From positions 62,401,990 to 62,465,989 of the forward strand of contig JARDVH010000042.1 in the NCBI GenBank assembly GCA_030324005.1: DNA of 64,000 nucleotides, in the 5' to 3' direction. This document shows, one piece after another, positions 1 to 11,545 of this stretch (position 1 is the stretch's first letter; every line of letters begins with the position of its first letter). Source of the DNA: Negaprion brevirostris. Its lineage: Eukaryota. The translations under genes were made by a program, and so were the position numbers. Under the pieces are notes generated by a model. It was not told the DNA's origin. It did not search any database and saw only the letters and a list, made by a program, of their open reading frames with translations.

Positions 1-1559
1 TTCATAATATTGGAATAAGCATATTTTATATATGTACATACAGGAAAACTTCAAAATTATGGTGCATAAATTACCCTGCAAAGAGAATTAAGTAAAGGTC
101 AAATGGGAAATGACTCTATTTCAACAATACAATTAAGACCATGAAGTTAAACAAAAAAAGTCATATGTTTCTAATAGTGTACTTTGTTGTATAAAATTGA
201 ACTATTTTCAAAGATATATATAGACATATTTGAAAATTATTGTAATGGCTGTTAGGCAAATATCAGAGTAATAAAATAACACATAAACCACATCTATTTT
301 TATTTCGGAAAGAAAATGAAATTGTGCTGATAAGAATGTTACAAATTCTGATTTATTGTTTTATTTTTGTATTGCAAAGCAGTTCAAAGAAAGGGATTTG
401 TGTCTAATTAAACCATGAACCTTAGCCTCTCCCTGACATTGTTTTTGTCTGTTTATGATCTGATACAAAAGGAAGATTTACTACGTGTGATAACGTGCCT
501 CCTCAGCTTGCTCACGATGTACATCATAGATTGCTGTTCATTGGCTAGGCAAATATTAAACTCTCATTTTTATTATTTTTAAAGGGCGAAACCTCCTGAA
601 CGGATTTTGTCGTAGCAAGCAGGACATATAAATGAATCAATGCAAAAAACAGTGGTTCATTAATAGAAGGCCGCAATGGCCCAGTGTTAAAATATATTTT
701 GGATGTGACTTTTCCAGACACTTGTGAGGAGGTTATTGTGAGAGCTTGGCTGCTCCCCCATCCCCCACGCACAGTCGCCTTTGTAGAAACACTCAGTGGA
801 AGGATGGGGAAATGATCACTGCTTAATGCATTGCCACGGGCTTAAAATAAAACACGCTCAACATGTCCAAACAGAAACATTGTTATCAACCACACACACA
901 CACACCGAAAAGAAGCTATTGCGAAACAACGACTACGACCTCTGCAGAATGTGTTTATAGTACAATGTGAATGAAGCATGGAGGTTGCACATCAGCTAAA
1001 CTGACGTTCGGCTGCAAACATTCAGGGTGATCGCTTGGAATACATCATATTCTAACATGTTGCCTGTATAGTGAGAAGGGGCAATGATTGTCGTGCATTC
1101 GCATTGAGCTTACTGCATGTTCTGTACTCAAGCAAACGTTTGCTCTGCAAATATTGTCTCTGATGTGTTATCTAACAAATCGAGTGGGGGGAGGGCGCGC
1201 TAAGGGCAAGGGCAAATAGCAAAGAGGAATGAATACACAAGCCGTCCTCAGAGAAACACCATTCGCCATATGGTTCAGTTGCCACACATACACGCACATA
1301 GCACACCAGCGATTGTTATACTGCGGAGTAGCGCACAACGCTCACTGCAGAGCAGGCACACCTAGAATGGCTCGGCGGATCAGAGATGTGAGTTGTCCAG
1401 CCTTACAAACTAGGATAATTCCAAATTTGATTCCCCACTTTGGCGGAATTAAGTCAGATTTGGCCTTTGGAGCAAAAAAGACGCTTAGGCGTGATATTGA
1501 AAGACGACGGCGGGTAAACGTGGATGGCAGAGATAAAGGGCAAAAAATATATTTGAAAA

Positions 1560-1870
1560 ATACATGAAACAGATTCACATGCATCAATGAAAGCATTCAC
1601 AACAGATACGCATGTGGAGATGCACGCAACCACAGAGCAATGCAAACGCATCCCAGCCACATTGCAGAGAAAACGCACATAAACCATGCAAGTTACCCAC
1701 CACAGAGCAACAGCAAATATTTTACACTCAAGCCACACACCGCAGAAACAGACATACACCAAGACAGTATACACGTAATAATAAAATACATATACACAAC
1801 AGACACACATATAAACGCTGCAAGCACAAGAATAAACACGTACATCATATACAGAATTCTGAGACATAAC
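1560..1870. repeat. Degenerate CA/AT-rich low-complexity tract
   Basis: Dense acac/atac/gcac units producing spurious H/T-rich and V/Y/C-rich ORFs. Confidence 0.5.
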
Positions 1871-2314
1871 AGACAGTCATTCTCTGGAAAAGGGACATAT
1901 ACGGGGCCATCACCAATATAAACAGGCTGTCTATGCATACTTTGGTCACAATATAAATACTGGCATACAAGAAGAGATAGGACATTACAAAATGATGGGG
2001 AACTTTATTTTAAGTGCTGCGAATCGTGTCTAACATTTTTCCCCTCTCAACACTGCAGAATATCCACCTCACTTGGCCTGAGGTAATGAAATCCGTAAGT
2101 CCTTCTACCTTAAAAATGGTAATGTTTTTAACTTTAGTTTTTAATTCAATGTCACTCCACTCTATAAGTGTTAGCTAAAACGGCACAGATCAAGAAGGAC
2201 CCGTCCTCCCCCTAGTTCCCTCCTAATTGTTGCCACCTCCCATTTATTGGAGCAATGAATATACATGGGAAGAATAAACATTCTTGTATATTTAATTTAG
2301 GGACATGCATACAG

Positions 2315-2440
2315 GACCATATGACATCAGAGCAGAATTAGACCACTCAGCCCATCGAGTCTGCTCCGCCATTCAATCATGGCCGATATTTTTCTCATCC
2401 CCATTCTCCTGCCTTTCCCCCTAACTCCTTATTAATCAAG
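2315..2440 (-). mobile_element. CR1-type LINE 3' end fragment
   Basis: Reverse complement of a CR1 3' UTR (cagcccatcgagtctgctccgccattcaatcatgg); related to the + copy at 55719-55879. Confidence 0.75.
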
Positions 2441-3139
2441 AGGGAAATTGTACCTTTACAGGATAAAAATGAATGTTTCTGGCTATCATGCATTCGAAAA
2501 CGTTCTGGATAACGACATATTTTCGAAATGTGTTTACTTATTTACATGGAATAATAACTCTCCCTTCGGTTTTAACGTGTATTTAAAATCACAATCAGCT
2601 TCAGCGTGTGGGGTATATTGGTTGAGGTGTGAAACAGAAGGACAGTTAAATCTAAATATTGCCTGCAAGCTGTATTTTCTGGATGCACAGGGAAGTAATT
2701 GCTGGGGAAAGAACAGGTTGTCTTCGCTGTAAACAGGCGCGATATAAATGATCTGGATGGTGGATGCACTTTATTATAAATCCAAGTCCCGTGACCTAAG
2801 CGTTCTGGATGAGGGTCTGAACAAAATCTAAATGCGTGCGCTTCCCGGAATAAAATGTTCTGGATGAGTAGAAAGTCAATGTAACCATTTGTTTTAGGCG
2901 CCGGGAGCTAAATGCTTGGAGCTGGCTCAGTTAGCTGGGTGCTTGTTTTGGACTGTGACGGAACAAGGGGGTGAAAGTAGCTGAATTTGCTGGCTAGGCT
3001 CGCTAAACACTCCACTGCTGGGAGTTGAATGCTCCAGTGCTGGCTCTGCTGGAAGCTCCTTTGACACACAGGGACTGACTTGACTCTTGGGCTGGAAACT
3101 CAGCTCCTCTCTCTCTCACACACACACAGATGGGAAAAT

Positions 3140-3505
3140 GTGCAGCCAATGGCTGGGCTGAGTTTCATAAAAGCTCTGTTCTGAGTGGCTGCAGGGCGAA
3201 TGGTTGTGAAACAAAGGACAGGGAGCTGGGTCTGGAGCAGGGAATCAGAGAGAGAGACACACACACATAGACAGAGAAATGTGCACCCAGCAAAACACAC
3301 ACACAGCCAAGACAAGCCAACACAACCACTAAAATACATCGACACTCAGGACAAACCAAGGCACACCCAGCAAGACACACAGGCAGACAGGTAAAGGACA
3401 GGTAGTCACGCTAGCACATTTGATTTAAAAACAAAACAAACAAAAAAAATGCCTTTCATATCACACGAAGACCAGGGCAAAACCGAGCCAGTACTGATCG
3501 TAAGT
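3140..3505 (+). promoter_or_regulatory. Candidate promoter and non-coding first exon
   Basis: CCAAT 3146-3150, CATAAAA 3166-3172, donor-like ATC|GTAAGT at 3499/3500. Confidence 0.3.
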
Positions 3506-4139
3506 ATATTGTGAAATAATCTGAGTGTAAACTTTTTATCAATCACACCAGAGATCGTATCTTTTGGCAAGAGAAGTGAGTTATTTTCAAAGTTCCTTTT
3601 TTTTAAAGAAAAGCTTTACTCCCCGACCCGAGTTTGGGATAAAATCGGGCTATAATTAAATGTGATATATTTTTGATCCTTCTTGTTGATTTGACAATTG
3701 TATCCGGTGCCGCTTCCTTATTTATTTTACTTCCACGATTTTGTTCTTAAAGGAGGAAACACATTTGGCTATTAGTCCCTCGTGACACTTACCGTGCTAA
3801 CTTGAGCTTGTAAATAGCTACAAGTCTTTTTTTTGTTGGAGTTGACTTTAATAAGCATTTACAACTGTCGACCAGGAATGCTGCTGTCCCCCTCCCCCTC
3901 CCCTGCTTTTATTGCTGATATGAAAAGAACAAGCAGCGTGTTCCAGAAATTTGTGTTTAATCTCACCCAGGCGACAGAGAGCTGCTCCCGAACAGATTGC
4001 CCACCACCACCACCCCACATTAAAATTGTAAGATTTCAAGTTTTCCCCTTTTTTTGTTTAAACCACTGAGGCACCATCAGTTTTCTGCCACGCTTGTCAC
4101 CGATTTTTGTTCTCACGTCAAGCTACAGGGGGATCTTGG

Positions 4140-4312
4140 TTTCACGTGATTGAAGCTCGAACTGTAACAAAATAGCTGCTTTTAGATGGTTGGTTGTTGC
4201 AACCTCCCCCTTCAAATCCATCAACAATTCATTACAGCTTTTAGCTCTAAACGCCAGCTAATTAAACTGTGTAGCTCCTAATCCGAGTACAAGATGACAG
4301 AAAATGGTAAGC
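4140..4312 (+). promoter_or_regulatory. Candidate alternative non-coding exon or conserved element
   Basis: E-box TCACGTGA near 4142, complex unique sequence with TAATTA, donor-like ATG|GTAAGC at 4306/4307. Confidence 0.3.
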
Positions 4313-5760
4313 AGACAATCGTCAACGTTTGCAACAAATCGGTCCTGCTTGTATAAGATATTTTCTTTTCCCTCTCCACACACCCCCCTTTCCTTCCAGC
4401 CTTCCTTCTCTCCCCCCCACTCCCCCAGCCCNNNNNNNNNNACTGTCGATTATGAAATTACCACATGATTGACTGGCGTCGTTTCCTCGCTTAATTTGTA
4501 TGTTTGACACTGTTTTGAGAGACGATGGTGCCACGTCCGGACAGAATGTGTAATCCAGTCCAGGTTTCTGCTGCTATTTTTCCACCACTACCACCTCCCC
4601 TCCACCCTTCACTAATTTATCCCAGGGTTAGCACATTTTGTCTTCGTTCAACCGGACGCTTGTAGTTTATGTTTCTTGTTCTCTGTCCCCCCAACCCCCC
4701 ATCCCAAAACCACCACCAACCCCCCGCTCCTTCTCGCTCTCTTNNNNNNNNNNNNNNNNNNNNNNNNNNNNNNNNNNNNNNNNNNNNNNNNNNNNNNNNN
4801 NNNNNNNNNNNNNNNNNNNNNNNNNNNNNNNNNNNNNNNNNNNNNNNNNNNNNNNGTTGGTGAAATCCCCCACCCCCAGCCCCCCACGTAGATATATCCC
4901 CATGTATTTTTACTGACGGTGGACTTTACATTATCCTTCGTTTTACTGTGAAGAGAGAAATAGTCCGATCAGTGTGTGTGTGTGTGCCAGGAGGAGGAGG
5001 AGGAGGGGATAGAGGAGTGAAACATTGACTTGAGGTTTAGAATGTTTCTTCCATTATGTATTACATTGGGATTACCACAAGTTGTGCGAGGGTGGGTGAT
5101 GGGATGTATGGGGGCAAGTGTTGCAGGATGTAATGATGTTTTATTTTGGAGGTTGTGGGGAGGGGGGCTGTGGGTGTGATGCCGGGGAGGAGATGTTTGA
5201 ATGATTTCAAGGTAAGAGTTGCTAAAGCTACCCATGATGCATGCTTTTCAGACTTTGAATGGTTACACTGATCTTTGTCAAACAACCTCATTTGCGGTCA
5301 GTGGGGCCACCTTGGTGCAGAGCTCATGGAGCGCGAACGAGTGCTGATCCAGTCCCAGCAACGTGTGCTGTTTTTTACCAAAGGCGCCTCTCTCTCGCAC
5401 GATGATAACTTTTTCAGATGTTAAACGTTTGGCAAAAAAAAGAAAAGGAAAGGAGAGAGAGAGAGAGAAACAATCAAGTCCGACTTTAGTGTGTGTGTTT
5501 TTTAATTCCTTTCTGCTCTGTGGCTTTTGCAGTCATCTCGTCTCATTCGGTGTGAAATTACAAAGGTCATCAATGGAAAGGGCGACTCCAAAGACCTATT
5601 TTTACAAAACCATGTAATCGGATTGTATTTTTAATATTGGGAAGTTTCCGTCTGCTCGCAAAAAAATTAAAAGGGGGGAGAGGCAAGGGGAGGGGGAAAA
5701 AAGAAGAAAAAATGTTGGTCTTACCCAACAACCGATTTATTAAGTTTTATCTTTTTGCAG

Positions 5761-5948
5761 GAAGTAATTTATTCGGGTGTGTGGATCGTGTGATTCGAAT
5801 ATAAGGGCAATCTCTCTCTCTCTCTATCTCTATCTATATAAAATAAACATATGAGAGGATTGAAACACGTGGCGGAGAAGCGAATGTCCTCCCAGATCCA
5901 AAGCAGTGAAGTTCATCCAATTTTTATCCAAGAGCTCCTATCTTCAGG
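5761..5948 (+). other. ZNF608: 5' UTR portion of the first coding exon of ZNF608
   Basis: Strong acceptor ttttatctttttgcag|G at 5760/5761 upstream of the ATG at 5949. Confidence 0.75.
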
Positions 5949-5958
5949 ATGTCAGTGA
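5851..5958 (+). other. Out-of-frame upstream ORF (35 aa) overlapping the ZNF608 start codon
   Basis: ATG 5851 and in-frame ATG 5884; MRGLKHVAEKRMSSQIQSSEVHPIFIQELLSSGCQ, TGA 5956-5958. Translation is not shown. Confidence 0.45.
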
Positions 5959-6887
5959 ACAGTTCCATTGCTAGTAGTAAAGGTGTTGATTCAAACGCGG
6001 TTGATACTTACGACAGTGGCGATGACTGGGAAATTGGAGTGGGGAATCTGATCATCGATTTAGACGCGGATTTGGAGAAAGACAGGCAGAAATTGGAAAT
6101 GAATAACTCGAGTGGCAGCAGCGGCAGTAGCAGCATTGCAGCCAGTGGCAGCAGCAGCAGCAAGGAGTGCGGGGCCAGTGTAGCAGCAGCGTCAACCCTT
6201 CCTGATAGCCTCAAATTCACCTCCTCCTCCTCGGTCCAGCCGCCTCCCCCAGGCAATTCCCACAAGGAGACTGGCAAATCCAAAGTGAAAAGAAGCAAAA
6301 CTTCCAAGGATGCTAATAAATCTCTCTCCTCTGCCTCACTGTATGGGATTCCTGAAATTAGCAGTGCTGGCAAGAGGCAGGAAGTTCAAGGGCGCCCTGG
6401 AGAGGTTTCTGGCATGCATTCAGCCCTGGGTCAAACACTGAGCAGCAGCAGCAGCAACGGCAGCAGCGGCGGCAGCAGTGGTTGCAACAATAATAATAAC
6501 AGTAACATTATTAATAACCCCGCCATTGGCAATTGCACTAAAGGCAAGGAGGAGAGAGCGGCCAAGGGCTCGGGCAGGGGAGGCTCGAAACGGGACAAGG
6601 AGGCCGGCAGGTCCCGCAAGGATGGCAATAAGCAGGAGGTGGGAGGGCAGCACCCTGGCCAGCCCCCGATGCCGGTGCCCGTGACAGCCGCCTCGCATCT
6701 CTTTAACTTCGGCCCCAAAGGCGGCAGCAGCTCCTTGCAGTGCTGCGGGGAGCCCGCAACCCGCATCCAGGACATTAAGAGCACGCTGGAGTCAGGAATA
6801 TTAACCCACCCCATCGTGCTGAAAAAAGATGATGAAGAGCGTGACGAGGAGAGTGCCCGACCTATCAAGAAATTGAAAACTGAAAAG
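5949..6887 (+). CDS. ZNF608: Zinc finger protein 608 (Brakeless/Scribbler family co-regulator), first coding exon, 313 codons, phase-0 end
   Basis: Translation contains VDTYDSGDDWEIGVGNLIIDLDADLEKDRQK, GNSHKETGKSKVKRSKTSKDANKSL, LYGIPEISSAGKRQEVQGRPGE and IKKLKTEK, which I recognise as the ZNF608 N-terminus (closer than paralogue ZNF609). Donor AAG|GTAACA at 6887/6888; the ORF-track tail VTTP* is intronic read-through. Confidence 0.95.
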
Positions 6888-9800
6888 GTAACAACACCCT
6901 GATTCTGTGTTTATTTATTTTTTGGTGTGTGTTGTTTTGCTGCCTTTGTATTTTCCTTGAATGTTTATTCTATGCAGGCTGGTGGATAGGTGCAGAGAGC
7001 AGGAATGATGATGCCTTGGTAAGAGTGACTTTTACACACCAGGGCAATGTTTTTGTTGCTTTAATTCAAGCACCTGGGGGGGGGGAATAAAATCATTTGT
7101 GTTTATATTTCTTAACTGCTGACAACTGTCACCAACAACCCAAAATTATAGTCGTTCGTTTGTGCAATAATATGTGTTTGGTTCTGTTAGAGGGCTTGAG
7201 TCAGTGAGAAAAGTCAACATTTTCGCTGATTTTTTTTGCCAAGTAACAGGCTGGTGTTATGCTCACACACACAAACAATGGAACCAANNNNNNNNNNNNN
7301 NNNNNNNNNNNNNNNNNNNNNNNNNNNNNNNNNNNNNNNNNNNNNNNNNNNNNNNNNNNNNNNNNNNNNNNNNNNNNNNNNNNNNNNNNNNNNNNNNNNN
7401 NNNNNNNNNNNNNNNNNNNNNNNNNNNNNNNNNNNNNNNNNNNNNNNNNNNNNNNNNNNNNNNNNNNNNNNNNNNNNNNNNNNNNNNNNNNNNNNNNNNN
7501 NNNNNNNNNNNNGAAAGGAAGTTTGCCCTTGCCTTCCATTGTTAGTGTGCAACCGGGCTTTTGGTATGTTGGTAATTATCCAAAGGCTATGGAGTTTCTC
7601 AGGAGGCTCTGATCCATTGTTGGTTGGGTAATAATGGGGTCAGTGGAACTGTGCCATTTTAAGAAGCTTGCCGATTACTGCAGATGATAGTTTCACAATC
7701 TATGCTCTTAACATCCTGAAAAAAATATCCTGCAGGTTTCTTGTTTCAGATAAGAATATCTAGACCAGTGTTCAGTGTTTAAACTTGCTGTGTGTTGATA
7801 TGGACGGTGACATTTTTGTGATGTACATGATATGAAGTGAAGAAAACTTAAATAAAATTAGACCTTTCAGAGTAATTACATCCTTTTCATAATAGTTTGT
7901 CGGACACCCTGTGATTTACTTTCCAACCTTTCCCTTCCCATTCAGCTGAATAAATTGATTCCCTGCAATGGAATTGGTCAGTTCAGTCAGAGAGGATTTT
8001 GTTCCAGTGCATAATAAAGTGAATTCCCAGCTTGTTGAGGTGGTGACCTTTGCATTTCTGCTGATACTACTGTTGGAAACTTCAGACAGCAGCAGGATTG
8101 GCTGGCTAAGAAAACAATATTTTATTTNNNNNNNNNNATTGCTGGAGAAACAGTTTCAAGGAGACATTGAGATGTTAATAAAGATTTAAACAGTAAAGTG
8201 CAGAGGCTAATGCTCTATAGTCTATTAGTCATGAGAAGGATATCGAAACAGATTTGGGATGCAGAGGAGATTGGCAAACTGTTTGACATGCTTGACAATT
8301 CCCCAATCAAATCATTTTACTTTGGTCTCCAGCAGACTGCAAATTGGGAGCCGTTTTAATCTGCTTTAAATATCAAGATAACTTGCTCTAATCTGTTCTT
8401 CACAATGGCTGTGGTTAAAGTTTCAAAACCATTTGATTGAATTTGCTGGCTGTGCAAAATGCAGAAGGCATTGGTCCCTGCACCCCTGAGCTTTTTTAAT
8501 CTTTCAGCCAAATGTTCAGATTCAACAGTTTTGTTTAGCAGGCAATCTGTACATTTTCAAATCCTAGAGGCAGGTGTCATGGCAACAGAGATTAGAGTGG
8601 TGTGGTTTCACTACTCCAATTTCTTCCTTATTTATACCTCAAATAGTCTCCTGGGGAAAATGTTTTAGTGTGTCTATTCCTCAAAACAATCAAGACTGTG
8701 TGTACAAAACCAGTGCTTGCTGATTTTCAGTCAGTGAGTCATAGAGAAAAATGTCCAGTATCGTACTGCTGCTTGCTTGTCTTGATTCTCCCCAGATATA
8801 ATTGACAAGCACATTCTATTCATTCTAGCACAGCCTGTTTTCCTTTTGACTGCTCCAGAGATCATTCAGATTTAAACCTGCAGCACTCACTGCATATGGC
8901 TTGAAGGGAATGGTATTGATATGGAACCCATGGTCCTAATGTACACACTTGTGTCTTGTACTTGTTATTTATTTGAAAGGCCAAGGCACGTTTTGTTAAA
9001 CCACGTTGTAACAAGCTGTGAAATATTTATACAGTTGCCTGGTTTAAATGAGGTTGAAGACAAATATGTCTAACTATACTTGTTTGATTAGCAGGTTGCT
9101 AAAGGTACAAGGTAAATCCTTGGGAGTTGTAGTCATTGTTTAATCTCTGCAGTGTGTTTGCAGGTCTATTCTTGGTCTGTTTATTCCATTTGTGTGCTGC
9201 AGTTAGTCATGTAAAACATGATAAATTGGAGCCTATTAAAGCTAATTATTTTTGTGACTCTGTTTCTGACTGCCTTTTATGCCAAAAACCACAAATATGT
9301 TGTAAAACCTGCCACTCCCTACACGTATTGCTCAAGTAAAAAGCAGCCTATAATTTGAGTTGTTTGAGCTATTTCTATGTTGCTCATTTTTGTGGTTTAG
9401 CTGTTGCTAACATGTCTGACTTAAGTAGACTTGGCAAGGCTAGTAACCACTCCTAGGGGTTTGCAAAATCCTTCCAATATAGGGTTACCTAATAAAGGCT
9501 TGTCAGCACCCAATCCTTCATCAATTCCATGTACCCAGTCCACAAAATAGAATTGTGCATTTCACTGGCTTGAGCTAAGACATTAATGAAGTGAACAATC
9601 ATCAGCTGGATTAATTGATTGAATTGATAAAGTACAGTACAGGAATATAAAGCACAGCTGGAAAGCCAATCCTGTTTCATACACCACACTGGAGTCTTCT
9701 AAGTAGCACTGATCATTGACTGTAGAAAACAGACTGCAAGTGCAGGCTTGAGAGTCCTCATAAGGCCTGCTAATATCAGGGAGGAATTTGTCACCTTTTG

Positions 9801-10566
9801 AAAATGATGCAGTGATACATTTCACAGCTGAGAATTGCGTTCACCAATGACTTGACGTACCATTAATGCTAGCAACTATTTTTACTGTCACATTAGACCA
9901 ATAAATAGAAAGGAATGGTACTGAAAATAAGTTGCGGCCAGAAAAGCATTTTCTATTGGGTCTTTTATGCTTGTTTTTGTTCCCGCTGATTAGTTGAATG
10001 GAAACATACATATACCTTCCTGTTCTTTGTATGTTGCTATCAATTGTCTGTTACAGTCTGTGGCAAAGGACTGTAAGTGGTAAGCAGTCATTAATGAAGA
10101 AAGGACAGATTTGTTTGAATGTGAGCGGTTTAAAAAGCTGACTCAAAACTCTGCAAGAAGGGGGTTGGCTGGTGGATGGTACCACAAACTAGCACGAGTC
10201 CCTGCAGAACAAAAAACTCTTCAGTCTACTTAATGCTTTGTAACTTTGAATAGTGTGACCAGAGCTCTTTCAGAGGGGGTGAATGAGCTGGTGGCCTTTG
10301 ACTGCTGAGAACTTTTTGGACGAACTTATAGTGACCTCCCAAGATCTGTGAGACCAGAGTTGCTATTGAGTTTTTTTCCTACTAATGAGTTGCATTTCTA
10401 ATTTCATTTGAAAAATTATATGTTTGTAAAGACCACGAAAATTCTTTCTAAAATGTCACTTTAATGGATGTGCCTTTAAAAGGAGACCAGACTAGAATGT
10501 ATTATTATCAAAACTTATTGTAAAGTTAAATGTTAAGTGTTTAATATTTGCACCCTAATATTTATT

Positions 10567-10673
10567 TTCCTACATCACAGTAGCGTCTACACTTCAAATG
10601 TATTTAATTGGCTGTGAAATGCTTTTGGATCTCCTGAGGTCATGAAAGGCCCTGTACAAATGCAAACTCTTTC
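10567..10673 (+). mobile_element. DeuSINE (AmnSINE1/SacSINE1-like) relic, 3' part
   Basis: cctacatcacag...tacacttcaaatgtatttaattggctgtgaaatgcttttgg...cctgaggtcatgaaaggc...aaatgcaa resembles the end of the Deu domain plus tail. Confidence 0.6.
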
Positions 10674-11167
10674 ATTCACCAAAATTGGAGCTACAAATTT
10701 TTACTAACAAATTTAAGAGGACTGTTATGAGAAAGCAAATCACATGAGGCTCCTAGGAGAGGAATTATTATGTGTGTTCTTTAACTGCTGTGGACTTCCT
10801 GAAGTATTACAGCACCGCCATTCAAACACCATGAATATCAAATCGGAAATGTGCATCAGGTCTCGAGAAAGAAGAGGTTCCTTGTACAAAGTTGAAACGA
10901 GGAAAGGGAGGATTATTCTGAAAGCTAGCCAGCACTTAGCAGATTGCTTTGATGTGTGTGTGTTCTGAATGGGCCTCCTCACTGATTCCTAGGTATGAAA
11001 AACACATGAGCACAATTAAAGTTGCAGAAACCATTGAGTTTCTCACAGGGGGTTGTGGAAGGGGGTTTTGCACAGCACAAGCTTATTTTTACTGTGACAA
11101 ACATTCATTTATATAAGATTTGAAGTGCTGTTCAGTCATGGCAAAAAATGTTCTTAGATTTGTTAAA

Positions 11168-11330
11168 ATATAGGAACAGGAGTAGGCCTCTGAGCCCCTC
11201 CAGCCTGCTCCATCATTCAGTTACATCATGCCAAATCTGTAGCGCAGCTTCATAACTCCATCTTTTGTCCCACATCCCTGACATCCTTACCTACAAGAGT
11301 CTATTGATCTGTATCACAAGAATTCATCTG
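11168..11330 (-). mobile_element. CR1-type LINE 3' end fragment
   Basis: taggaacaggagtaggcc...gcccctccagcctgctccatcattca, the reverse complement of a CR1 tail. Confidence 0.65.
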
Positions 11331-11360
11331 AATCAAAAATCTACGAAAATTAAACTCAAA

Positions 11361-11545
11361 ATGAAAAGCAACCAAATGGCAGACGCTGGAAATCCAAAAC
11401 AGAAGCAGGAACAATGTTGGAAAAAAACTTAGCATCTGTGGAAAGAACAGGCAAATTAATGTTTTAGGTCTGGACCCTTCACAGAAAGCTGACTGGTCTG
11501 TTTCACTGACCTGCTGGATGTTTCCTGCTTTTACCATTTCTGTTT
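11361..11545. mobile_element. Penelope-like element relic (inverted arms, decayed hammerhead core)
   Basis: Similar to 35676-35972; minus strand of 11458-11485 reads tctgtgaagggtccagacctaaaacatt. Confidence 0.55.

Noticed and set aside
6008-6868. Antisense ORFs of 92-145 aa over the ZNF608 exon
   Set aside because: Shadows of AGC/GGC-rich coding sequence (poly-Leu/Ala) with no independent gene signals.
7005-7122. ATGATGA ... CTGA box C/D-like pair
   Set aside because: No terminal stem or recognisable guide; such motifs are common by chance.
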